Below are positions 17,211 through 24,000 of a stretch of DNA of 24,000 nucleotides, one piece after another. The stretch comes from an uncultured Bacteroidales bacterium (GTDB lineage: Bacteria; Bacteroidota; Bacteroidia; Bacteroidales; UBA1402). Positions within the stretch are counted from its first letter, which is position 1; every line of letters begins with the position of its first letter. Below the pieces are notes generated by a model. It was not told where the DNA came from, made no database searches, and saw nothing but the letters and a program-made list of their open reading frames with translations. Location: the NCBI GenBank assembly GCA_964500535.1, contig CAZCPI010000012.1, forward strand, positions 1 to 24,000. The letters are read 5' to 3'. The position numbers were made by a program, and so were the translations under genes.

Positions 17211-17250
17211 TTGATAAATGATTATTAAAATCCCGAACCTTTATGATATA

Positions 17251-17258
17251 CAAAATTA
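17251..17258 (-). promoter_or_regulatory. Candidate -7 promoter box (TAATTTTG) for the sulfatase gene
   Basis: The minus strand matches TAnnTTTG 40 nt upstream of the ATG at 17210, in the divergent intergenic region shared with phoH. Confidence 0.3.
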
Positions 17259-17279
17259 CGATTATTTCGCATTATTAGT

Positions 17280-17287
17280 TATTTTTG
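17280..17287 (+). promoter_or_regulatory. Candidate -7 promoter box (TATTTTTG) for phoH-purC
   Basis: Matches TAnnTTTG 20 nt upstream of the ATG at 17308. Confidence 0.35.
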
Positions 17288-17307
17288 CAGTAAATATCCA
17301 ACCGACA

Positions 17308-18324
17308 ATGAATGAACGTGTTTTGACGATTGAACAAGCCGATCCTGCCATTTTCTTTGGCATTAACAACTGCAACCTTCATCTTATCAAGACACTATAT
17401 CCAAAGCTCAGGATTGGATCAAGAGGTAATCTGATTAAAATACTCGGAGAAGAATCAGAGATGGATGCTTTTGAAACTGCTTTCATCGCTCTGGAAAAAC
17501 ACTGTGCAGATTTTAATTCTCTTAATGAAGAAACCATACGTGATATTATCAAAGGGAACGCTCCTCTTGAGGTAAAGCAAGAGAATCTTATCCTGTACGG
17601 AATCAACGGAAAAGCTATACTTGCCCGCACAAAAAATCAGCAAAAGCTGGTTGAAGTTTATAATAACCATGATCTGATTTTTGCCATAGGTCCTGCCGGT
17701 TCAGGAAAAACATATACAGCTATAGCTCTCGCTGTAAAAGCTCTCAAAAATAAAGAAGTTAAGAAAATTATACTTTCACGACCGGCTGTTGAGGCAGGTG
17801 AGAAACTTGGATTCCTTCCCGGAGATATGAAAGAAAAAATTGATCCGTATTTACAACCACTTTATGATGCTCTGGAAGATATGATTCCTGTAGCTAAACT
17901 AAAGGATTATATGGATGATAAAATTATTCAGATTGCTCCACTGGCATTTATGAGAGGAAGGACACTCAGTGATGCCGTTATTATACTCGATGAAGCCCAG
18001 AATACTACGACTCAGCAGATAAAAATGTTTATGACCAGATTGGGCATGAACTCCAAGATGATTATTACCGGCGACATCACTCAGATTGATTTACCTCATA
18101 GTGTAACATCAGGTGCGATTCAGGCAATGCACATTTTAAGAAATGTAAAAGGTGTTTCCAAAGTTGAATTCAACAAGGAAGACATAGTACGTCATAAACT
18201 AGTTCAACGCATTGTTGAAGCTTATGATAAATACAATGAAGATAAAAAAAATGACACTACTTATTTTTCTGTTGATGAAACCGACGCAAATCTGACACAC
18301 GACAAAAAAGGCACAAATAAATAA
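17308..18324 (+). CDS. phoH: PhoH-like ATPase
   Basis: Walker [17 protein letters not shown], Walker B ILDEAQN and [11 protein letters not shown] motifs. I moved the start to MNERVL, because the 30 upstream codons of the tracked ORF cover the promoter region. Confidence 0.9.
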   Translation: MNERVLTIEQADPAIFFGINNCNLHLIKTLYPKLRIGSRGNLIKILGEESEMDAFETAFIALEKHCADFNSLNEETIRDIIKGNAPLEVKQENLILYGINGKAILARTKNQQKLVEVYNNHDLIFAIGPAGSGKTYTAIALAVKALKNKEVKKIILSRPAVEAGEKLGFLPGDMKEKIDPYLQPLYDALEDMIPVAKLKDYMDDKIIQIAPLAFMRGRTLSDAVIILDEAQNTTTQQIKMFMTRLGMNSKMIITGDITQIDLPHSVTSGAIQAMHILRNVKGVSKVEFNKEDIVRHKLVQRIVEAYDKYNEDKKNDTTYFSVDETDANLTHDKKGTNK

Positions 18325-18329
18325 TATAT

Positions 18330-19277
18330 ATGGCACAAGCACTTACAAGAACAGATTTTAATTTCCCGGGTCAAAAATCCGTTTACCACGGGAAAGTACG
18401 TGATGTTTACAACATCGATGATGAATTACTGGTGATGGTTGTTTCAGACAGAATATCTGCTTTTGACGTTATTCTTCCTGAAGGTATACCATACAAAGGT
18501 CAGGTACTTAACCAGATTGCTGCTAAGTTTTTGGATGCTACTCAGGATATAGTTAAAAACTGGAAGCTTGCTACACCGGATCCTATGGTTACTGTTGGTA
18601 TCAAATGCGAGCCTTTTGAAGTTGAGATGGTAATCAGAGGATATCTTACAGGTCATGCATGGCGTGAATACAAATCAGGCAAACGTGAACTATGCGGCGT
18701 AAAACTTCCTGATGGCATGAAAGAAAACCAGAAATTTGAAAAACCTATCATCACTCCTACCACAAAGGCTAAAGAAGGTCATGATGAAGATATTTCAAAG
18801 GAGGAGATTATTGCTCAGGGCATTGTAAGCAAAGATGATTATGAAATGCTTGAGAAATACACTCATGCTATATTTGAAAGAGGCAGCCGGATTGCTTCAG
18901 AAATGGGTCTGATACTGGTAGATACTAAATATGAATTCGGCAAAAAAGACGGTGAAATCATTCTTATGGATGAAATTCACACCCCGGATTCATCAAGATA
19001 TTTCTATAAGGAAGGCTATGAAGTAAAACTTGCCAATGATGAACCCCAAAAACAACTTTCAAAGGAATTTGTCCGCCAATGGCTGATTGAGAATGGTTTC
19101 CAGGGTAAAGAGGGTCAGAAAGTACCTTTCATGAGTTCTGAATATTGCCTGAGTGTTTCAGAGCGTTACATAGAGCTCTATGAAAATATTGTAGGAGAAA
19201 AATTCCAAAAGGCAGATTTAAACGATCTGACCAAAAGAATAGAAAAAAATGTTACTGAATATCTGAATAACAGATAA
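18330..19277 (+). CDS. purC: Phosphoribosylaminoimidazole-succinocarboxamide (SAICAR) synthase
   Basis: Long-form PurC with the [18 protein letters not shown] and DTKYEFG motifs. It lies 5 bp after phoH. Confidence 0.95.
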   Translation: MAQALTRTDFNFPGQKSVYHGKVRDVYNIDDELLVMVVSDRISAFDVILPEGIPYKGQVLNQIAAKFLDATQDIVKNWKLATPDPMVTVGIKCEPFEVEMVIRGYLTGHAWREYKSGKRELCGVKLPDGMKENQKFEKPIITPTTKAKEGHDEDISKEEIIAQGIVSKDDYEMLEKYTHAIFERGSRIASEMGLILVDTKYEFGKKDGEIILMDEIHTPDSSRYFYKEGYEVKLANDEPQKQLSKEFVRQWLIENGFQGKEGQKVPFMSSEYCLSVSERYIELYENIVGEKFQKADLNDLTKRIEKNVTEYLNNR

Positions 19278-19349
19278 TAAGCCAACCTAAAGACATTAAT
19301 AGTTACGGGACTAAATAAAAATCATATTACCTGATATCAATAAAATAGC

Positions 19350-19381
19350 AAGGGTGCCTCTAATTTGAGACACCCTTTTTC
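19350..19381. terminator. Rho-independent terminator shared by convergent purC and the purine permease gene
   Basis: aagggtgcctc (19350-19360) pairs with gagacaccctt (19367-19377): 10 bp with one C/A mismatch and a 6-nt loop. A T run follows on the plus strand and GCTATTTTATT on the minus strand. Confidence 0.7.
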
Positions 19382-19411
19382 AATAAATTTAATTTTCTTT
19401 AGTAACTTAAA

Positions 19412-20707
19412 CTATTTACTCAGAAAAATGTAATTCAGTACAAAAAGAATTGCCAGTACATACATTGCAATTGATATCTTTTTATGTTTTCCACTAATCA
19501 GGTTCAATAGTACAAAAGCAAGTAATCCAAGAGCAATACCTTGTGCAATACTATACATCAATGGCATAGCTATTATACAAATGAAGGCCGGGATCGATTC
19601 TGAAAAATCTTCCAGGTCAATTTCCTTTATCGGATCAAACATCATCAAACCAACCAGAATTAGGATAGGTGCTGTTGCAGCTGCCGGGATTGATAGGAAC
19701 AATGGTGCAAAAAAGATTGCAAGGGCAAAACAGCATGCTGTTATCAGGGAGGTCATACCGGTACGGCCACCTTCTGAAACACCAGAAGCACTTTCCACAT
19801 AGGTTGTAACAGCACTGGTTCCGAAAATAGCACCAGAAAGTGTTCCTAAAGCATCAGCATAAAAAGCTTTTTTAACGTTAGGAATCTGACCGTTTTCATC
19901 AAGCATGTTTGCTTTTGAGCAGACACCGATTAAAGTACCGACAGTATCAAATACGTCTACAAACAAAAAGGTGAAAACAACAATCAACATATTCCAGGAA
20001 AAAATCTGGGAAAAGTCAAACTTAAAGAATAATGGAGCAGGACTTGGTGGAGTGTCAATAATACCGGTGAACTTGGTAATTCCCATCGGAATACCAATCA
20101 CAGCAGTAGCAACAATACCAATAAGTAAGGCACCTTTAACTTTTTTAATAAGTAAAACGGATGTAATAACCAATCCTATTAGTGCAAGTAATGCTGTTCC
20201 TTTAGTTATTTCCCCGAGGGCAACCATCGTTGCATCATTCTTTATTACTATACCTGAGCTTTGCAGACCGATAAATGCAATAAATAATCCGATACCGGCA
20301 CTGATAGCATTCTTCAGGGTCTTAGGAATAGCATTAACAATTGCTGCACGAAGGTTAAAAATATTCATTAGAAGAAATATCAATCCTTCCAACAATATAG
20401 CCGTCAGAGCAAACTGCCAGGAAAAGCCCATAGCCAAACAGACCGTAAAGGCAAAGAATGCATTCATGCCCATACCGGGAGCCTGACCAAACGGCAATTT
20501 AGCAAGCAATGACATCGCCAGCGTGCCGACAATTGAAGCAATAGCTGTTGCGGTAAATAATGCTCCTTTGTCCATACCGGTAACAGAAAGGATATTTGGA
20601 TTAACGGCCAGAATATAGGCCATAGTTAGGAAAGTGGTGATACCGGCGAGGATTTCAGTCTTCATCGTAGAACCATTTTCCTTTATACGAAAATATTTCT
20701 CAAACAT
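19412..20707 (-). CDS. NCS2-family (AzgA-type) purine permease (adenine/guanine/hypoxanthine)
   Basis: 431-aa polytopic protein. The N-terminus KENGSTMKTEILAGITTFLTMAYILAVNPNIL is characteristic of AzgA/PbuG-type permeases. Confidence 0.92.
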   Translation of the reverse strand: MFEKYFRIKENGSTMKTEILAGITTFLTMAYILAVNPNILSVTGMDKGALFTATAIASIVGTLAMSLLAKLPFGQAPGMGMNAFFAFTVCLAMGFSWQFALTAILLEGLIFLLMNIFNLRAAIVNAIPKTLKNAISAGIGLFIAFIGLQSSGIVIKNDATMVALGEITKGTALLALIGLVITSVLLIKKVKGALLIGIVATAVIGIPMGITKFTGIIDTPPSPAPLFFKFDFSQIFSWNMLIVVFTFLFVDVFDTVGTLIGVCSKANMLDENGQIPNVKKAFYADALGTLSGAIFGTSAVTTYVESASGVSEGGRTGMTSLITACCFALAIFFAPLFLSIPAAATAPILILVGLMMFDPIKEIDLEDFSESIPAFICIIAMPLMYSIAQGIALGLLAFVLLNLISGKHKKISIAMYVLAILFVLNYIFLSK

Positions 20708-20741
20708 AATAGAACGGATTAATATGAATATTTGTTAATTA

Positions 20742-21422
20742 TTAAAAATTCCATTTAAGCGCAAGAGTTGGATTACACATAAATCCTTCATTACCACCAA
20801 AGTTCGCAGACATTTCTACTTCTGTACCAAGAGAAATATTGGAAGTAAAATTATACCAGAGTTGAGGTTCTGTTATAAATACAGGATTCGGATCTGTTCC
20901 GGCATTTGTATATGTATCCTTTTCCCACCATAAATCTGCGAAACCGCTAAAAGTCATCTTGTTTTTTAACAATTGAACACCCCAGACAGCAGTAAACTGA
21001 GGAGTGAAATTTTTACCGGTTATAGATTTAGCCAGAGCTTTAAGATTTAATGTTTTTGAAAAATCGGCACTGTGTATGAAGTAATCAACACCGGTCAACC
21101 AGGCATTATTAATAGCATATGATCCGCCCGGATACGCACCTACTCCACCGTTATATTCTACTTGCCAGCTTATCGGTCCACCCCAGAAATTAATACAACG
21201 GGCAATTTCCATATAGGCACTTGATGGAAAGTTATTTTCACCATAATTGTAATCGATATCTGTAAAAGTAAATGTATTACCCCATTTATCGGATTTAAAC
21301 AATTCAAATGTGGTTGTAACGTACTTCCTGTTATTACCAAAGTCATAGTGAACCTGGAAATTTTGTGCATTTAAGGTTAATACAGCAACTAAAGAGAAAA
21401 ATGATAAAAATAGCTTTCTCAT
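20742..21422 (-). CDS. DUF5020-like outer-membrane beta-barrel protein (Tsx nucleoside-channel-like)
   Basis: Signal peptide ending LNAQ, alternating aromatic/polar beta-strand pattern, and the C-terminal LALKWNF ending in Phe, as in OM barrels. The start NFQVHYDFG matches my memory of DUF5020. It lies 34 bp upstream of the permease gene. Confidence 0.65.
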   Translation of the reverse strand: MRKLFLSFFSLVAVLTLNAQNFQVHYDFGNNRKYVTTTFELFKSDKWGNTFTFTDIDYNYGENNFPSSAYMEIARCINFWGGPISWQVEYNGGVGAYPGGSYAINNAWLTGVDYFIHSADFSKTLNLKALAKSITGKNFTPQFTAVWGVQLLKNKMTFSGFADLWWEKDTYTNAGTDPNPVFITEPQLWYNFTSNISLGTEVEMSANFGGNEGFMCNPTLALKWNF

Positions 21423-21624
21423 AAATGGTTAATTTAAAAGGTTAAAAAAGTTAAAAATATCCTTAATTTTAAAAAAAATACAAAAGAAACATTTTTTCGC
21501 TAAAAAAAGTGAGTGAAACTCATATTTCACAAAAATTTCATATAGCAAATTATACCGGCTTTAAATTTACAAATACCTGAATTAAGAAAATGTTTTGAAT
21601 GACACTCCATACATCATAAATCAT

Positions 21625-21657
21625 AAAAAAATCCGGTAAACCAAATAGCTTACCGGA
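21625..21657 (-). terminator. Rho-independent terminator downstream of the DUF5017-like lipoprotein gene
   Basis: tccggtaa (21632-21639) pairs with ttaccgga (21650-21657): 8 bp with a 10-nt loop. On the minus strand the hairpin is followed by U7 (A run at 21625-21631 on the plus strand). Confidence 0.7.
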
Positions 21658-21686
21658 CAATTTTTATCAAAATGCAAATTTTTAAA

Positions 21687-21778
21687 ATTGAATTCCGGTG
21701 CGCATTCCCCGCTGCTCGCGGCGGGGAGATTCAATCTTCCCACCGCAATCAGCCAGAAATGCGCACATTGGAATTCAA
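21687..21778 (-). repeat. GC-rich palindromic intergenic element, copy B (complete nested form)
   Basis: The outer arms 21688-21705 and 21759-21778 pair over 9 + 8 bp with a 3x1 internal loop. The inner hairpin is tccccgc (21706-21712) with gcgggga (21721-21727). It shares 16-nt and 27/29-nt blocks with 398-509 in reverse complement. Confidence 0.7.
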
Positions 21779-21800
21779 CTTCAGGATAAATATTAGCTAT

Positions 21801-22778
21801 TTATTCTTCAGGCTCCATTACCATGAAGTTGTTTACTTCCCATGTTGGAGCAGAAGTTACAGCATCACTCTGATATCTGAATCCAATACGTACATTATCT
21901 TTTCCAATAAAATCATTAAGAGATACAGGACCAGATGTACCGAATGCATAAGTTAATGAATACTGATAATTAAACTTTAACTTCTTCCACTTAAGAGTAT
22001 CAGGGGTAGAACCAGTCTGATAGTTATCAGTAACCCAAACTGTCATTTGAGAAGCATAATTATCAACTCCATATTTATGAGTGTGATCAAATGTCAACTG
22101 AGCTCTCTTACGTTTGGTCAGATTCATAGCCGGTGAAATCAGCCAGTCTTCATTAACAATATTTCCATTACTGTAACCAGTCATTTTTGCAAAACCTACA
22201 CCTTTGTAAGAGCTCCAAACCCATTTTTGGTCACCGGCAACAGAAACAGCAGTAAACTTACCAAGATCAGTTGCAAATTTTTCACTAAGTATTTCAGCAT
22301 CATATCTTTCCCAGGGAATTGAATTATAAATATCTCCATGCTTATATAAAGTATGCCCAGTATTATTTGTATTTTTTAAAGATTCACAAATAACATACTT
22401 TTCCTTTACATCCTGTGTTTCACCTTCTTCAGTAATATATTGTAAAGAAGTCACCATAACAGAAGATTTATAATCTCCGTATAAATATTTTTTCGCAAGC
22501 CATAAAGGAATATATTTATAAGAGGGCGCATCATCTGTAAAATACTTATTCGATGCAATTGATTTGGCAGCAACAGTGTCAGCAGCATTTTTAGCTACAG
22601 CAAGAGCCATTTTGCTTATTGAATTATAGTCATCAGCAATCAAAGAGTCTTTATAAGAAAAAACATTTGTAGGAGCCACTCCGTCATCATAACCCGGAAA
22701 ATTGAGTTCATTATAATTACAGGCTGCGAAAGTAGTCGTAATAATCAGGATCGAAATAATATATAGTATCTTTTTCAT
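21801..22778 (-). CDS. Surface lipoprotein, DUF5017 / choice-of-anchor-J-like C-terminal domain
   Basis: Signal peptide plus lipobox (TTTFAAC). The C-terminal half has NEDWLISPAMNL and a terminal TWEVNNF pattern, as in choice-of-anchor-J/DUF5017 proteins. It lies 25 bp downstream of a TonB-dependent receptor gene. Confidence 0.7.
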   Translation of the reverse strand: MKKILYIISILIITTTFAACNYNELNFPGYDDGVAPTNVFSYKDSLIADDYNSISKMALAVAKNAADTVAAKSIASNKYFTDDAPSYKYIPLWLAKKYLYGDYKSSVMVTSLQYITEEGETQDVKEKYVICESLKNTNNTGHTLYKHGDIYNSIPWERYDAEILSEKFATDLGKFTAVSVAGDQKWVWSSYKGVGFAKMTGYSNGNIVNEDWLISPAMNLTKRKRAQLTFDHTHKYGVDNYASQMTVWVTDNYQTGSTPDTLKWKKLKFNYQYSLTYAFGTSGPVSLNDFIGKDNVRIGFRYQSDAVTSAPTWEVNNFMVMEPEE

Positions 22779-22803
22779 ATGTCGTTTTTATTTGAGTTTA
22801 ACA

Positions 22804-24000
22804 TCAGAAAGCCATTCTGAAACCAATAGTCCATGTACGTCCAAAACCATAGAACACTTTTGCAGTCTGCCATGTGTGATCAGAACCATCCGTAGCATCA
22901 GCAATATATTCCTGATCAAGAATATTATCGACAGTACCATTGACAGTGCAATTGAAGTCTCCAATCTTGAATTTGTATGAAGCATGAAAGTCAAAAACTC
23001 CTGCAGCAGGAATTCTCCATGGCTGACTGAAACTCATATCAGAAAGAGAAGTTGATACATCAGAGATCTTAAAGTATGAATAGTTCCTGTCCCAGAAAGT
23101 AAAGTCAAGACCGGCCCTCAGACCTTTCATCAGCTCATAATTTGCTCCTGCCGCAGCACTAGTCTGAGCCGAATTACCTACCCTGATACCTTTAAGATTC
23201 ACAGTCATCTTATAGTGCTCAGGACTTAACATTTCTACTTCATTACCTTTACTATCCACCGGTGTACCCTGACGTGTGTACATATAACCTGAAGCATTAT
23301 TCATCCATCGCCAGTCACCGATTGATACCATACCTGTTAACTCAAGATTTTTGACAGGTCTTGAAACCAAATCCAGTTCAATACCCTGATGAAGCGCATT
23401 TACACCTTCCATATTTATTACAAGAGCTTCAGGAGTCGATGCATTTGAAGAAACAATCATAGTCTTATCCAACCATTGAGTTCTGTAGGCATTGATATTT
23501 GCAGTCAGATAACGTGAACGGTATCCATAGCCAAGTTCAATTGAAAAACATTTTTCATTTACAGCATTAGGGTTTGTAATATTACTGGTAGTAGATTGCA
23601 GAAATGCACCACCAGAAAAGAATGGAGCTCTGGAAATAATACCAATATTAGCAAACACATTATGGTTTTCAGTAAGATTATAATTAGCACCGCCCTTTGC
23701 AGTGAAACCAATTTTACTTACAGTTTCAGATTTTGCATTTTCAGGAGTATAATAAAATCTGTCATATCTCCAGAATGAAGTATTTGAAACAGACCCGGCC
23801 ACAAAAGCATTTAGTTTATCCAAAGTGTATTCAGCTTGTCCAAAAGCACCTTCAGACATTACAAAACCATCATAATCACGATAGACAACATCCCCGACGG
23901 TCAGTTTTTTATACATGTAATCGCTTGAATTCAGATTACTCCTTTTTGTAGGATCAATAAAAAAGTCACCTCCATAAAGATCAGTAATAACGTTAGTATG
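22804..24000 (-). CDS. TonB-dependent receptor, C-terminal beta-barrel part (5' end outside window)
   Basis: The frame stays open upstream of the tracked Met (23916) to the window edge; I translated 23917-24000 by hand and found no stop. It shows an amphipathic beta-strand pattern and the terminal GFGRTWTIGFRMAF ending in Phe. Confidence 0.85.
   Translation of the reverse strand, partial: HTNVITDLYGGDFFIDPTKRSNLNSSDYMYKKLTVGDVVYRDYDGFVMSEGAFGQAEYTLDKLNAFVAGSVSNTSFWRYDRFYYTPENAKSETVSKIGFTAKGGANYNLTENHNVFANIGIISRAPFFSGGAFLQSTTSNITNPNAVNEKCFSIELGYGYRSRYLTANINAYRTQWLDKTMIVSSNASTPEALVINMEGVNALHQGIELDLVSRPVKNLELTGMVSIGDWRWMNNASGYMYTRQGTPVDSKGNEVEMLSPEHYKMTVNLKGIRVGNSAQTSAAAGANYELMKGLRAGLDFTFWDRNYSYFKISDVSTSLSDMSFSQPWRIPAAGVFDFHASYKFKIGDFNCTVNGTVDNILDQEYIADATDGSDHTWQTAKVFYGFGRTWTIGFRMAF

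Noticed and set aside
17218-17307. 30-codon N-terminal extension of the phoH ORF
   Set aside because: It starts 8 bp from the divergent sulfatase ATG and would bury both candidate promoter boxes. PhoH homology begins after MNERVL at 17308.
19905-20486. 193-aa plus-strand ORF, and similar long antisense ORFs (15958-16377, 10860-11204, 16590-16928, 4645-4908, 4868-5137)
   Set aside because: All lie fully inside, and antisense to, genes with strong family signatures. Their translations are low-complexity with no recognisable motifs, so they are shadow ORFs.
21423-21624. Purine riboswitch or leader attenuator upstream of the DUF5020-permease pair
   Set aside because: I found no purine-riboswitch-like three-way junction or conserved loop sequences. 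The only hairpin (gtgaaa/tttcac, 21513-21530, followed by U7 on the minus strand) has a 6-bp AT-rich stem, too weak to call. The 24-codon ORF starting near 21622 (minus strand) has no support.
21672-21956. 94-aa plus-strand ORF spanning repeat copy B
   Set aside because: It is composed of the GC-rich palindrome plus the antisense strand of the lipoprotein gene 3' end. It has no homology signal, and the reading frame is a by-product of the repeat.
1-24000. Search for a defence island, toxin-antitoxin pair, prophage or integrative element, or biosynthetic cluster
   Set aside because: Every ORF longer than about 150 aa is accounted for by housekeeping or envelope families. There is no integrase, transposase, recombinase, restriction/modification, nuclease-helicase or small paired-ORF signature. 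Apart from the two short GC-rich repeats, I saw no compositional break by eye.

Overview
This AT-rich chromosomal segment looks like core genome of a Bacteroidota (Bacteroidales-like) bacterium. The taxon call rests on a T9SS C-terminal sorting domain, TAnnTTTG-type promoter boxes, lipoproteins of Bacteroidota-restricted DUF families, and a TonB-dependent receptor. I support 22 protein-coding genes, two of them cut by the window edges. On the minus strand: a DUF4251-like lipoprotein, a COG2509 FAD oxidoreductase, radA, a TIGR02757 protein, obg, adk, hpt, a DUF3256-like protein, an EamA transporter, truA, a Ser-type sulfatase, an NCS2 purine permease, a DUF5020/Tsx-like protein, a DUF5017-like lipoprotein, and a TonB-dependent receptor (partial). 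On the plus strand: DoxX (partial), a SpeB-like C10 cysteine peptidase with a T9SS tail, a small lipoprotein, nnr, a DUF4831-like protein, phoH and purC. I found no rRNA or tRNA genes, CRISPR arrays, transposases, integrases or recognisable defence or toxin systems, so most of the window is ordinary housekeeping DNA. The unexplained structure is all non-coding. (1) A GC-rich nested-palindromic element occurs twice (398-509 and 21687-21778). Each copy lies in sense orientation between a stop codon and an intrinsic terminator. (2) A roughly 96-bp upstream module combines an A/T-rich leader, a conserved hairpin, a -7-like box and an 18-nt box. It occurs once before the DUF4251 gene and twice in tandem before hpt, and the tandem copy creates a possible 29-codon uORF. 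Secondary observations are a lipoprotein translationally coupled to the C10 peptidase (a possible cognate partner) and a Tsx-like outer-membrane protein paired with a purine permease. Family names for the DUF proteins come from remembered sequence signatures and need HMM confirmation.
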